In this document: positions 37,992-48,943 of the stretch, one piece after another
Numbering within the stretch: the stretch's first letter is position 1
How the letters are laid out: every line of letters starts with the position of its first letter
DNA from: Acidobacteriota bacterium
Lineage (GTDB): Bacteria; Acidobacteriota; UBA890; WLXD01
Assembly (NCBI GenBank): GCA_965248845.1
Contig: CBDFKO010000002.1
Coordinates: forward strand, 2,625,693 to 2,689,692
Direction of reading: 5' to 3'
Length of the DNA stretch: 64,000 nucleotides
Program-made: the position numbers and the translations under genes
The notes under the pieces: model-generated
Databases searched by the model: none
What the model was told of the DNA's origin: nothing
The model's input: the letters and a program-made list of their open reading frames with translations, nothing else

Positions 37992-40900
37992 TCAGCGCTG
38001 CGCGCGCGAGGCGCGCTTCTCGTAGATCTCGATGGCATCGTAAGCGGCGCGTCGGTACGCCTCGCGTGACACTTCATCCGAAAAGCGGTCGCGGGCCGCG
38101 ACGCGCTCCCAGAGTGCGCGCACCATGTCGGCGAGAAAGCGCGCGGCCTCGGGGTCGACGTACGGGCCGTCGCCGTCGACCAGCCAGACCGGGCTCGTCT
38201 GCGCGAAGGCATAGCTGTCGCTCACCAGCGGCGACGGCGGACCGAGCGCACGGGCCGCGACCCAGCCGGCCCCTGGTACCTCGAGCTGGCGGTGCAGCAG
38301 CACGCGCTGGCCCCAACCTCCGCCGGCCGGGCGGCCATCGGCAGCCGGCAGCCCACGCACGTCCTCGGTCCACACCACGGCGCCGTTGACGAGAACCTCG
38401 ACGCTGTCGACGGGCGTCGCCGACACCAGGTCGATCTCGACCTCGACGCGCCCGCTCTCGGGAGCGGCCACCTCTGCCCCCGGCTCGGCCCCGTTGACGC
38501 GAAGGAACAGCAGCGGCCCGGTGGTAGCGAAGGTGCGCCCGGCGCGAACAGCCTCCAGCCAGGAGGGGACCGAGACCGGCCCGTCGAGCCGGGCATAGGT
38601 GCGCGCGGTGCCCGGCGGTGGGTCGCGCCAAACGTCGGCGAAGTTGTCGGAGCCCCCGGTGGCCGCCAGACGGAAGCCGGCGTTCAGGAACCGGTAGTAC
38701 ATGTCGGCGTTAGCGAGCTCGTCGTACCAGATGCAGGCAACGTCGAAGAAGTTCCCCTTGCCGAGCGCCACGTCGAGGGCGATCTCGGAGTTGGCGCCGT
38801 CTCCGGGCTGCTCGATCGCTCGCGTGTAGGGGTGCATGAACCCGCCGAGCCCGCCCTGACGCTCGGCGTCGTCGAGATACGTGGAGTTGAGGACGTCGGC
38901 CGCGAAGGCCGTCCCCCCGGCGCCGCCGATCAGCGGCGTAATGAACTCCGACACACCCAACAGCCCGACGTGGCCGAAGGAACCGCGAAACTCCTGCGCG
39001 TACTGCAGGATGTGCTCGGCGCTCGAGAGCGGATGGGGCTCGCCCGTGAGGTCGGCCCAGCGACCCATGATGCGGGTGCCGTCTATGTGAATGAGCGCGT
39101 TGGTGACCCGCAGATCCTCGGCAACGAGCTGGCGGAAGAAGGCCTCGTGGTCGAGCCCGTAGCGGCCCTGGTGCAGGTCGTGCGCATGGGTCTCGCCCGA
39201 GTACCAGCCGAGACGCGTCGCGTCGTACAGCGGCTCCAGCGTGGCGCCGATGACCGCCCGCCCGCCGGCCCGCACCTCACCCTCGATCAGCGCCGGCCGG
39301 TGCTCGAAGCCACGGTGGATCTGCACGCGGACCGGTCCCGCCGGCACCAGAAGCTCGCTCTCGCCGGCGGTGTGGAAGTAGTGCTGGCCGCTTGCCGAGG
39401 CGACGCGATGGAAACCATCCGAGGGAGCGTACGCACGGCCATCGCTGGCGCTCACGGTGACTCGGGCCGGTACCGGCACGCCCGCCTGGTCCTCGACACG
39501 GATCTGCAGCGTGCCCATCTCGTCGTCCGGGATCTCGACGAGCACCCGCGTCCAACCCGCGCGGCGAGAACCGCCCGCAGGCGTCGTGTACAGGCGCATC
39601 GGGCCGTAGCGGTTCGACACGAAGGCGATGCGGCGGCCGTTCGGGCTCATCGCCGGCGAGTACTCGTCGCCCTGATCCTCGGTGAGGCGCGCGGGCGCAC
39701 CGCCCTCGATGGGCACGATCGCGAGGTCGTGGCTGCCCGCACCGTCGGAGACGAACAAGAGGCTGCGTCCATCGGCCGTCCACGACGGCTCGACCCGATA
39801 GCTGGTTTCCTCGAAATGAACGACCGCGGGACGGGTATCCCCCACGAGCGACAGGCTGCGCCGCACCAGCGCGCCGGCACCGAGACGCCCCGGGAGCGGG
39901 GACACGAACGCCAGGGTGGCGCCGTCGGGTGCCACGCTCGGGTAGATCTGGTGTCCGCGCGCCTCGAGCACGGCCTCGGCCTGGGCTGGTGCATCGATCG
40001 ACACGCGATAGATATCGAAGCCGTTTTGCGACTCCGGTGAGCGCGAGCTGCTGAAGTAGACCGTGCGCGAATCGGCACCCCAGGCCGGCTGCACGTCGAT
40101 CTGGGCGTGGCTCGTGAGAGCGCGGGCCTCGCCGCCCGAGGCAGGGACCACGCCGATGTCCAGGTTGCCGTCGAGGTCGCGACTGAATGCGATGCTGGTG
40201 CCGTCGGGGCTCCAGGCGGGCTCGAAGTAGTAGGCCGGACCGCGGTGAGACGCTGCGCCCGGCCGCCCTCTGCTCGCACCACCCAGATATCGCCGCGCAT
40301 CGAGAAGGCGATCTCGGCACCGTCGGGGCTCCAGGTCGGATCGAGCGGCCCGGTGGTGACGGCCGGCAGCAGGTGCCCCTCGACCCGGATCCGGTTCGGG
40401 CCGGGATTCGGATAGCGCTGGATTCGGCCGGGCTCGATGGTCGCGGCCAGGATCCGATCGAGCAGCGGGAAGTCGGCGTCGAGGTGCGTGTTGCCCTCGC
40501 GCACGATGCGTCCCTGACGGCCGCCCCGCATGCCGCCGCCGGCGCCCTCGTCGTACGCGGCATACAGGGCATCGACGACGTCCATCCCGTCGACGACGCG
40601 GCCGAACGGCGCGAAGCCCTGCTCGTCGAGCCGCTCGTTGTCGGCCAGGTTGATGAACACCTGCGTCGTACGGGTGCTCGGCTCCGGAAGCATCGCGAAT
40701 GCCACCATGCCGCGCCGGTTGGAGCGCCGCACCGGATCGTCGGGGATCGTGCGGGCGTACCAGACGCCGTTGACGGCCGGATCGCCCGACAGGCCGAACT
40801 GGGCGATGAACCCGGCGCGCACCCGATAGATGCGGGTGTCGTCGTAGAAGCCCAGCCGCACCAGGTTGTAGAGGCGGTCGGCACCGTACGGCGCCCAGCC

Positions 40901-41104
40901 CCGGTTCACCTCGAGAACGAAGTCGCCCTGACTGGTGGCGAACCGCACCCGGTACAGCTCGGGCGCCGGCACCGACCAGGCTGCGTGGCCGGGATGGAGC
41001 AGCACCTCGGATGCGGGCTCGAGGGCCGGCGCTCGCTCAGCGACACCGACCAGCACCAGCGATGACAGGACTAGGGCTGTGAGCAGAATCGGCAAGGATC
41101 GCAT
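37992..41104 (-). pseudogene. Secreted cyclophilin PPIase - PD40 repeats - PHP/CehA-like metallohydrolase fusion, with one frameshift
   Basis: The 41104 frame reads through the cyclophilin domain and ..TWSPDGAEIAFSMRGDIWVVRAEGGRAQRLTA. The text continues as GPAYYFEPAWSPDGTSIAFSRDLDGNLDIGVVPASGG.. in the frame of the 719-aa ORF. The shift is at about 40238..40243 (GCGGTCC where GCGGGTCC would keep frame). Confidence 0.75.
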
Positions 41105-41325
41105 TGGCGAGGCTCGGCTCGGAGAATCGACGAGCGCGCAGTCTACCGCCGCGACACGGTGACGGGCCAGGGGCCACTCTCATGGCGGCGGCTGCCGCGG
41201 GGGCGACTGCTCGCCGGCCGGTTGTCCGAGCCCGAGTCTCCCGCCGCCTTTAGCCCGAGTGCGGTCGGTGTCATCCTTCTGCTGTTCGGCCCGGCCAACC
41301 CGAGCCGAACAGCCCGCGAGCTCGC

Positions 41326-42120
41326 ATGCCAGACATCCTCGGCCTCGGCGATCGGCCTATCGTGCTCGGAATGGTGCACCTGCAGGCGCTTCCCGGCGCT
41401 CCCGACTTCGCCGGCGACCTGACGGCGGTCCGCGACGCGGCGCTACGCGATGCCCGGTCTCTGGCCGACGGGGGCATCGACGCGGTGCTGGTCGAGAACT
41501 ACTGGGACGCGCCGTTCTTCCCCGGTTCGGTGCCACCCGAGACCGTGGCCCAGATGACGGCCATCGTCGCGGCCATCCGTGAGGGAGTCGCGGCACCGGT
41601 AGGGGTGAACGTGCTGCGCAACGACGGTTGTGCCGCACTGGCGGTGGCCCAGGCTACGGGCGCGGCGTTCATCCGCGTGAACGTGCTGACCGGCGCCCGG
41701 CTGACCGACCAGGGCATCGTGCACGGAATCGCCCACGAGCTGCTGCGCTTGCGCAGCCGCCTCGGGGCGGACTCGATCCGCATCCTCGCCGACGTCAACG
41801 TGAAGCACTCGGCACCGCTGGCCCCCTATGACACGGTGCAGGAGGTCGAGGATGCCCTCGAGCGTGGCGGGGCCGACGCCGTGATCGTGTCGGGCTCGGG
41901 CACGGGAAAGACGATCGACGCCACCGAGCTGCACGCTGTGCGCCAGGCTTCCGGAGGTGCCCCTGTGCTGGTGGGCTCTGGTGTCGACGCGGACTCGCTG
42001 CCGCGCCTGGCTGCCGATGCCGACGGTTTTATCGTCGGCACAGCGCTCAAGGTCGAGGGGGCGATTGCGGCCCCCGTCGACCCCGAACGCGTACGGCGGC
42101 TGATGGCCGCGCGCGGCTGA
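41326..42120 (+). CDS. BtpA/SgcQ-family TIM-barrel protein
   Basis: ..LGMVHLQALPGAP..VLVENYWDAPF..VNVLRND.. is typical of the family. Confidence 0.85.
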   Translation: MPDILGLGDRPIVLGMVHLQALPGAPDFAGDLTAVRDAALRDARSLADGGIDAVLVENYWDAPFFPGSVPPETVAQMTAIVAAIREGVAAPVGVNVLRNDGCAALAVAQATGAAFIRVNVLTGARLTDQGIVHGIAHELLRLRSRLGADSIRILADVNVKHSAPLAPYDTVQEVEDALERGGADAVIVSGSGTGKTIDATELHAVRQASGGAPVLVGSGVDADSLPRLAADADGFIVGTALKVEGAIAAPVDPERVRRLMAARG

Positions 42121-42123
42121 TCG

Positions 42124-42612
42124 TCAGCGGGCCGCCAGCGCCTCGGGCGTGGTAGCAGCGAAGCGCACCGTGTGGCTAAACCGGGAGCGCACCATCCGCC
42201 CTCGGTGCTTCACGTCGGCGTAGCCGGTGAGCACAATGCCCCCGTCGTCGGTGAGGCGGGCCGTGGCTCGGTAGTAGGTCTTGCCGTCGCGCGGATCGTA
42301 GAACGAGCCCTCGCGCCACTCGCCCGACTTGTCGCCTATCTGAAGGCCGGCCACTACATCGAGCCCCAGCAGGGAGCGAGCGCGGTGCTCGTTGCGACGG
42401 TTTTGGAGGTCGAGTGGCGGCTCGCCGGTAGTCGGGTCGGGCGAGGCCCAGGCGATACGACCGCAGAAGCCGTCGCCGCACGGGTGCACCTCGATGGCGA
42501 ATGAGCCGTCTTCGATGAGCCAGTGGCCAACCGGTTCAGCCGGCGCGACCCCGAACGCTGCGTTCGGAAGCACCAGCAGTGCGAGGCCAAGGATGGTCGC
42601 GTATCGTCGCAT
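42124..42612 (-). CDS. DUF2147-family secreted protein
   Basis: ATG at 42612 preceded by AGGAGA, then a signal peptide. Contains ..GHWLIEDGSFAIEVHPCGDGFCGRI..FYDPRDGKTYY... Confidence 0.8.
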   Translation of the reverse strand: MRRYATILGLALLVLPNAAFGVAPAEPVGHWLIEDGSFAIEVHPCGDGFCGRIAWASPDPTTGEPPLDLQNRRNEHRARSLLGLDVVAGLQIGDKSGEWREGSFYDPRDGKTYYRATARLTDDGGIVLTGYADVKHRGRMVRSRFSHTVRFAATTPEALAAR

Positions 42613-42675
42613 GTTCTTTCTCCTGAGCGGGCGGCCAAGCCATCCGCGGTTGGACTCGGGAAGTCCGAGTAACAG

Positions 42676-42692
42676 AAGTGAGTCGCTCACTT
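42676..42692. promoter_or_regulatory. Operator-like palindrome AAGTGAG-TCG-CTCACTT
   Basis: Perfect 7-bp arms, about 65 bp upstream of the DUF2147 gene. 13 of 17 positions match the palindrome at 43462..43478. Confidence 0.5.
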
Positions 42693-42738
42693 ATATCGAG
42701 CGGTAAACGTGTTCATCAGGGGATCTCGTCGTGGTGGG

Positions 42739-43446
42739 CTAGCCTTCCCCGGTGACGTAGGCGTGGACGATGTTGTCGACGATCGTGGCCTCGGCCACCT
42801 CGGACGGGAATCGCGCCGCGGCCCGGCCACAGTGCTGGTGCAGGGCGAACCAACCGATCATCTCGAGAATGACTCGCGCCGTAGCGCGCGGCGCCGGAAC
42901 CGGCCGCAACCGCCCACGCTCGATGCGGTCGCGCAGGTAGGTGGTGAGCTCGTTCTCTAGTTGCAGCAGCGCGCCGTCGCCCCACAGGGCGGCGAGCTCG
43001 GGCCAGTCCATCGAGCAGCGATCGATCAGACGGAGGGCGACGCGAAAACGATAGGTCGTGGCATAGATCTCGCGCACGATGGCCTCGAGCTCGTGTTGAG
43101 GGCTTGTCTCGTCACCCGGCCCGTCGAGAGCCTGCCGCAGGCTGGCGAAGGAGGCCCGCTCGGCGATTGCCTGGCGCAGGTAGTCGAACGTCGCCCCGGG
43201 CGGCGGGTTGGGCACCGGGATCTGCTCCACCTCGACCGCCCCCTCGAGATCGGGGGTCGAGCGCACAACGAGGTCGAAAAGCGCCTCCTTGCCCTCGAAG
43301 TAGCGGTAGATGGCGCCCTCCGACAGCCCCATCGCCTGGGTCACGTCGGCCATCTTGGTGCGCCGGTAGCCGCGCTCTAAGAAGATGCCCGTGGCCGTGG
43401 CAATGAACTCGCGCAGCCGCCGGGTGGCGTCGTCGGTGATAGTCAT
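42739..43446 (-). CDS. TetR-family transcriptional regulator
   Basis: ..FLERGYRRTKMADVTQAMGLSEGAIYRYFEGKEALF.. HTH. 235 aa. Confidence 0.9.
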   Translation of the reverse strand: MTITDDATRRLREFIATATGIFLERGYRRTKMADVTQAMGLSEGAIYRYFEGKEALFDLVVRSTPDLEGAVEVEQIPVPNPPPGATFDYLRQAIAERASFASLRQALDGPGDETSPQHELEAIVREIYATTYRFRVALRLIDRCSMDWPELAALWGDGALLQLENELTTYLRDRIERGRLRPVPAPRATARVILEMIGWFALHQHCGRAAARFPSEVAEATIVDNIVHAYVTGEG

Positions 43447-43461
43447 GTTGAGCTCAATCGG

Positions 43462-43478
43462 GAGTGAGTCACTTACTC
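43462..43478. promoter_or_regulatory. Operator-like palindrome GAGTGAGT-C-ACTTACTC
   Basis: 8-bp arms with one mismatch, 16 nt upstream of the tetR ATG. Related to 42676..42692. Confidence 0.5.
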
Positions 43479-43511
43479 ATTATGCGCAGGCGCGGTGCGT
43501 CTGGCAAGCCT

Positions 43512-44824
43512 CTAACAGGCTGCTGAAAAACGGCTCGAGCGCGCCATTTTGGGCTGGATCGTCTCGATCAAGGTGAGTTGCCCGGCCGCCGTGTGCGAGT
43601 GCGAGGCTCTGGTTGCCGGCCGCGCCGGTATTTCTTGGGCGGTTAGTCCCGATATCGTCACGTCGCCCCCTGGAGGTTGCGCATTCTGACCAGGTTGAAG
43701 GCCGCGGCGGTGAAGATGAACATCCAATCGACACGTTGCGTGCCTCGGTGCCGCGTCTTGCGCATCAGCCCGACCGTCTTGGCCCATCCGAACATCTGCT
43801 CGACGAGCTTGCGTTTCCTTTGACTGACCTGGTAGCCGGGGTGGCGGGTTGTGCGCCGGTCGATGGCGCTGCGCCGGTTCGTGTCGTTCTGTGCGACGTG
43901 CGGGGTGATGTTGCGATCTCGAAGCTTACGGACGCACTCGCGTGTGTCGTAGCCCTTGTCGGCCGCCAAGGTCACCCTGCGGTTACCGGAAATCTTGTCC
44001 GCCATTTGCACCGCCGCCTCTCGTTCCGCTGTCCCGGAAGCGATCGTTACGCATGCCTTGGTTGCTAACCCGTGGCGGTTGTCGATCATCAGGTGCCCCA
44101 TGTAGCAGAGCTTCGACTCGGCTCCCCTACTTTTCTTGTACAGGCGTGCGTCCGGATCGGTCCTGGAGGCGTGAGTATCGTTTGTGCGCCGTTGTTTGCG
44201 AAAATCGACGCTCGGGTTGCTGCCTCCCTCATCGGAGTCGCTCTGATCCTTCGGCTTGAAGCTCTTGTGTGAGGCCCACGCCTCGATCAGCGTGCCGTCC
44301 ACCGTGAAGTGCTCATCCGATAGCAGACCGCGGCGCCGTGCCTCCGCCAGCACTTCCTGGAAGAACACCTTGGCGACCTCGCCTCCCAACACTCGATCTC
44401 GGTTCTTCGTGAACACCGTCGCATCCCACACCAGATCGTCCATGTTCAGGCCCACAAACCACCGGAACAGCAGGTTGTAGTCGAGTTGCTCCATCAGCAT
44501 GCGCTCGGAGCGAATCGTGTACAGCACCTGCCGCAGCAGCGCCCGCAGCAGCTTCTCCGGCGGGATAGACGGACGCCCCGTGTGCGAGTACAGCTTCTCG
44601 AACAGCGGCGACATCCGCCCCAGCACATCGTTGACGATCTTCAGCAGCGGCCGCAGCGGATGCTCTTTCGGTACTCGCTGCTCTGGAGATACGTAACTAA
44701 AAACCGCCACCTGTCCCGCGTCCTCACCACGCATCTGCTCACCTCGTTGATGCTTCGGTTTTTGCCGCGGGCTGCGTGGTTCAGAATCTACTCGAACAAG
44801 GGGAGTTTTTCAGCAGCCTGCTAG
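43512..44824 (-). mobile_element. IS5-family insertion sequence, copy 4 (1313 bp)
   Basis: Same inverted repeats, flanked by CTAA (43512..43515) and CTAG (44821..44824). Lies in the intergenic region between divergent tetR and the DUF885 gene. Confidence 0.95.
43658..44734 (-). CDS. IS5-family DDE transposase (358 aa)
   Basis: Near-identical to copies 1-3. Confidence 0.95.
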   Translation of the reverse strand: MRGEDAGQVAVFSYVSPEQRVPKEHPLRPLLKIVNDVLGRMSPLFEKLYSHTGRPSIPPEKLLRALLRQVLYTIRSERMLMEQLDYNLLFRWFVGLNMDDLVWDATVFTKNRDRVLGGEVAKVFFQEVLAEARRRGLLSDEHFTVDGTLIEAWASHKSFKPKDQSDSDEGGSNPSVDFRKQRRTNDTHASRTDPDARLYKKSRGAESKLCYMGHLMIDNRHGLATKACVTIASGTAEREAAVQMADKISGNRRVTLAADKGYDTRECVRKLRDRNITPHVAQNDTNRRSAIDRRTTRHPGYQVSQRKRKLVEQMFGWAKTVGLMRKTRHRGTQRVDWMFIFTAAAFNLVRMRNLQGAT

Positions 44825-44952
44825 GGACAATAGGAGGGGACGACCAGGGCCCGGCAACGGCTCTTGTCGGGCGCCCGCGATCACGTATGCTGCGAGCCAG
44901 TCGAGAACCCACCGTAAGCCCGAGTTGGTCCCCGTGGCCAGGGAGCCCCGAG

Positions 44953-46656
44953 ATGAGCCGATACGATCTTCCCCGTCGCGCCATGCGGGTGCTCACATTG
45001 CTGATCGCCGTGACGCTGCTGTCTGCCTCGGTCACCTCCACGGCACCCCCGCAGCGCCCGTCAGACGCCGAACTTCTCCAGGGCCTGGTTTCAGAAGCCC
45101 TGGCGGTGAGCGTGCGGACCCGCGCCGCCGACGAGTATCGGGACGCGGCGGCGCGGTTCCGCGACATCCTGGAGCGTCTGGCAAGTATCGACCGGGAGGG
45201 ACTCGGGCTTGATGACCAGGTCGACCACGAGCTTCTCGAAGCCCACCTGCGCACCCGAATCTTCGAGTACGAGGAGCTGCGGCTGCACGAGACCAACCCG
45301 GCCTCCTACTTCGCCCTCGGGGCTACCAACCGACTCTTCGTCCGACCCGGCGCGATCACCGACTCAGGCGTCCGCGCCGCCGTAGCCGAGCTGCGGCGCC
45401 TGCCTCGCATCTTGGATTCCGCCCGGGCCAACCTCACGAATCCGGCCCGCACCTGGACCGAGAACGCCCTGTACCAGGCGTACTACGCCGAGCTTCTGCT
45501 GACCGACTACCTGCCTGAGGCGTCGGTCGATGATCCGGACCTGAACGCCGAGCTGCTGGCAGCCGCGCAGGTGGCTCTGGCCGCCGTCGAGTCGTTCGGC
45601 GCCTGGCTCGACGCCGACCTGCTGCCGCGCTCGACGCGCTCCACGGCCTGGACGCCGGAGCAAATCGAGCTCTACCAGTTCGTGCACGAGCAGCTGTACG
45701 ACTACGGCGTCGAGGCCATGCTGCGGGTCGCGGGGCAGGAGGAAACCGCGACCTGGGACGCGATGCTGGCACTGGCCCGGCAGATCCACCCCAGCGGCGA
45801 CCTGCACACCGTCTGGGAGAACATGAAGGAGGAGGCGCCTCCCTGGGAAGGGGTGCTTCCCATGGCCCGGCGCTTCGTGGACATGGCGTCCGACTGGCTA
45901 CACAACGAAGGCAGCCACGTGGTGACCATCCCCGATTACATCGACTACGGCGCCCGCCTGTCGCCCCCGATGGCGCGACGGACGCTGTCGTTCGGCGGCG
46001 CTACCGGTGGCCCCACCGTCGCCGGGCGTCAGTCCGGCTACTACATCCTCACGCCGCTCGAGGATCGCCTCACGGCCGCCGAGAAGGCCAGCCGGATCAA
46101 GTCGTACAACCCCTACTGGACCCACGTGATCTCGTACCACGAGTGGCTCGGCCACAACGTGCAGATCGCCGCCGCCAACGCGAACGTCACGCGGCCCATG
46201 CGCCGCGCCTTCGGCTCGATCTACTTCAGCCAGTCCTGGTCGTTCTATCTGGAGAAGCTGCTCGAGGACGAGGGCTACTACGAGGACCGGCTCGATTACA
46301 CGTCGGCGCTCAAGACGCGCATGGCGCGGCTGCAGATGCGCATGTGGAGAATCCAGCGGATCCTCACCAAGCTGCGCATGGCCAGGGGAGAGATGACGTT
46401 CGAGGCGGCGGTGCAGGCCTACATCGACAAGATCGGCATGGAGCCGACCAATGCCTTGATCGAGGTGCAGCGCGACTCGCAGACACCGAGCCCGCCGGGC
46501 CGCGAGATCATTGGCGAGCGCGTCATCCTGGAGCTGCGCGACGAGTACGCCCGCCGCATGGGCGAGCACTACACGCTCAAGCGCTTCAACGACACGCTGC
46601 TGGCCTACGGATCGATCCCGTTCCGGCAGATCCGGCGCCTGATGTTTCGCGACTGA
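44953..46656 (+). CDS. DUF885-family protein (metallopeptidase-like), secreted
   Basis: ATG at 44953, signal peptide, and ..ISYHEWLGHNVQ.. motif. The upstream part of the track ORF is IS sequence. Confidence 0.8.
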   Translation: MSRYDLPRRAMRVLTLLIAVTLLSASVTSTAPPQRPSDAELLQGLVSEALAVSVRTRAADEYRDAAARFRDILERLASIDREGLGLDDQVDHELLEAHLRTRIFEYEELRLHETNPASYFALGATNRLFVRPGAITDSGVRAAVAELRRLPRILDSARANLTNPARTWTENALYQAYYAELLLTDYLPEASVDDPDLNAELLAAAQVALAAVESFGAWLDADLLPRSTRSTAWTPEQIELYQFVHEQLYDYGVEAMLRVAGQEETATWDAMLALARQIHPSGDLHTVWENMKEEAPPWEGVLPMARRFVDMASDWLHNEGSHVVTIPDYIDYGARLSPPMARRTLSFGGATGGPTVAGRQSGYYILTPLEDRLTAAEKASRIKSYNPYWTHVISYHEWLGHNVQIAAANANVTRPMRRAFGSIYFSQSWSFYLEKLLEDEGYYEDRLDYTSALKTRMARLQMRMWRIQRILTKLRMARGEMTFEAAVQAYIDKIGMEPTNALIEVQRDSQTPSPPGREIIGERVILELRDEYARRMGEHYTLKRFNDTLLAYGSIPFRQIRRLMFRD

Positions 46657-46731
46657 CCCGTCGCCCCTGGAACCTACCGGCCGGCGGGTGCAGACTCCGC
46701 CGGTCAACTTCGGTCGAGTCTAGAGGCATCC

Positions 46732-48943
46732 ATGCCACGCAAGTCGGTGTTACTCGTAGGAATTCTGTTGGCCCTGACCCCGCTGTCGGCGCCCACCCGC
46801 CGTGCCGCCGGCACGCGCCGCGGCGACGCCCGCGCTCGAGCCGATCGGAGTGCGCTTCGATCCGAACATGGGGCAGCTCGATGCGTCGGTCGAGTTCGTC
46901 GCCCGGGCACCCGGGTACACCGTGTACCTGTCCCCTCGGGAGACGGTTATCTCCGTGCTGGCAGTCGAACAGCCGGCGCGACGCGAGGCGCGACCGCCTC
47001 GCGTACTCGACTCCCGCAGCGTTCGCCTCCGATGGCTCGGCTCGGACCCGAATGCCAGGGGACATGGGGAGGCGAAGCTCGGCAGCGTGGCCAACTACCT
47101 GATCGGTGACGATCCCAACGGCTGGGTGCAACGCGTGCCGCACTACGCGGCAGTACGCTACGCGTCGCTTTGGGAGGGGATCGACGTGCGCTTCTACGCC
47201 AGCGGCGATGACATCGAGTACGACCTCGTGGTCGGGCCGGGGGCGGACCCCGGGGCGATTCGAATGCGCGTGGAGGGCGCCGACACCGTCTCGATCGCGG
47301 ACGACGGCAGGCTCGTGCTGACCGCAGGTAGCCACACGATCCAACAGTCGCTCCCCGCCATTTACTAGCCCGGCGCGGGCGGCGCGCGGGTCGTGGTTGG
47401 CGGGCGCTTCAGGCTGCAGGACGGGGGTGACGTCGGCTTCGAGATCGATGCCCACGATCCCGGCCGCACACTCGTCATCGATCCCAAGCTGGGCTCCTCG
47501 ACTTATCTCGGCGGCGACGATACCGACGACGGCGAGGAGGTTGTGCACGACGACTCCGGCAACGCCTACGTGGCCGGATGGACCTGCTCCACGAACTTCC
47601 CCACCGCCCGTGTGGGGGAGGCCGGCGCCCTGAACTGCGATGCATTCGTGGCGCGCTTCAACAAGAAGGGCAAGCTCGACGTCTCGACCATTATCGGCGG
47701 CGAGGAGAACGACACCGCACGCACGATCTATTACGCCGGATCCGTAGGCCGGGCGGGCGCGCGCGCCGGGCCCGTGGTCGCCGTCGCCGGATTCACAAAC
47801 TCTCCCGATTTTCCGCTCGTCGACTCGCTGCAATCGGCGACCACCGCGGACGACACCGACGTCTGGGTCGCTCAGCTCGACGCCGACCTCGAGACCATGG
47901 ACTTCTCATCGCTGCTCGGGGGCCGCGAGTTCGAGTTCCCCAACGACGTCATGATCGATGCCGACGGGTATCTGTTCCTTACGGGTAGTACCGAGTCGCC
48001 CGATTTTCCGACCGAGAACCCGACGCAGAAGAAGTTGTCGGGGACGACCGACGCATTTCTCGCCATGATCGACCCCGGTCTCACCAACGGCAGCTCGCTC
48101 ATGCACTCGACCTATCACGGCGGCAACGGTGACGATAGCGGCTACGGCGTGACGGGCGACGACCCGGCGGGCACGAGCCGCATCAGCGACTGGGTCGAGG
48201 TGACGGGGATCACGGACTCCAGCAAGAAATTCCCCCTGGAGAGTGCCCTGCAAGACAGTCTCGGCGGCGGCTTCGACGCATTTCTCGCCAAGTGGTGCGG
48301 CATGAGCGGCGATGAGCCGTCGCTCGTCTACTCCAGTTACTACGGGGGCAGCGATGATGACTTCGCGCACGACATGGCGCGCGATAGCGCCGGGCGCAAT
48401 GCCATCGCCCTCGAGACCCATTCCGACGATCTGCCGCTCACCAGCAACGCTCCCCAGCCGCTATACGGAGGATCGGGTGATGCCGGCCTCGCCGTCTTCG
48501 ACATCACGTCCCTGACGCGCACGGCTCCGACGCGGTCGGTGGCGACGCTTTACTTCGCGACCTATCTGGGCGATGTGGACCTGGACTACGCTAACGCGGT
48601 TGCCGTCGATCGCAACGACCTCGCGTATCTGGCCGGTGGAAGCAACTCGCCCGGCCTCGACACGGTGAAGCCGCTCCAGGCGTACAAGGGGGGCACCGAT
48701 GTCCTGTTGGCGAAGATCGACTACGGTGCCGATACTCGCCTTCCGGCGCGGGTGCCAGCCTTCCTGTTCGTAACCCACTTCGGCGGCAACGACACCGATA
48801 TCGCCAACGGCGTAACGGTTGACCGCTCGCTGAAGATGTACGTGACCGGGTTCACCACGTCGACCAACTTCAAGCTCAAGAAGGCGGCGCAGAAGAAGAA
48901 CGCCGGGGGCTTCGACGCCTTCTACCTGGTGGTCAAGAAGTGA
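46732..48943 (+). pseudogene. SBBP (beta-propeller repeat) surface protein with one frameshift and one in-frame TAG
   Basis: The signal peptide (MPRKSVLLVGILLALTPLSAP) is in one frame and the body (..LEPIGVRFDPNMGQLDASVEF..) in another, with the shift at about 46791..46800. The text then reads ..LPAIY-TAG(47366..47368)-PGAGGARVVVGGRFRL..GFEIDAHDPGRTLVIDPKL..STYLGG in a single frame. Confidence 0.8.

Noticed and set aside
41282-41312. Hairpin CTGTTCGGC-N13-GCCGAACAG just upstream of the BtpA ATG.
   Set aside because: It has no U-tract, no conserved riboswitch features that I recognise, and no partner evidence. It may be incidental.
34410-44824. IS copies 3 and 4 (same orientation) as the ends of a composite transposon carrying the POP, PPIase-PD40, BtpA, DUF2147 and TetR genes.
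   Set aside because: The two flanks of copy 3 rejoin into a single ORF, so it is an independent simple insertion. Nothing marks the interval as foreign.
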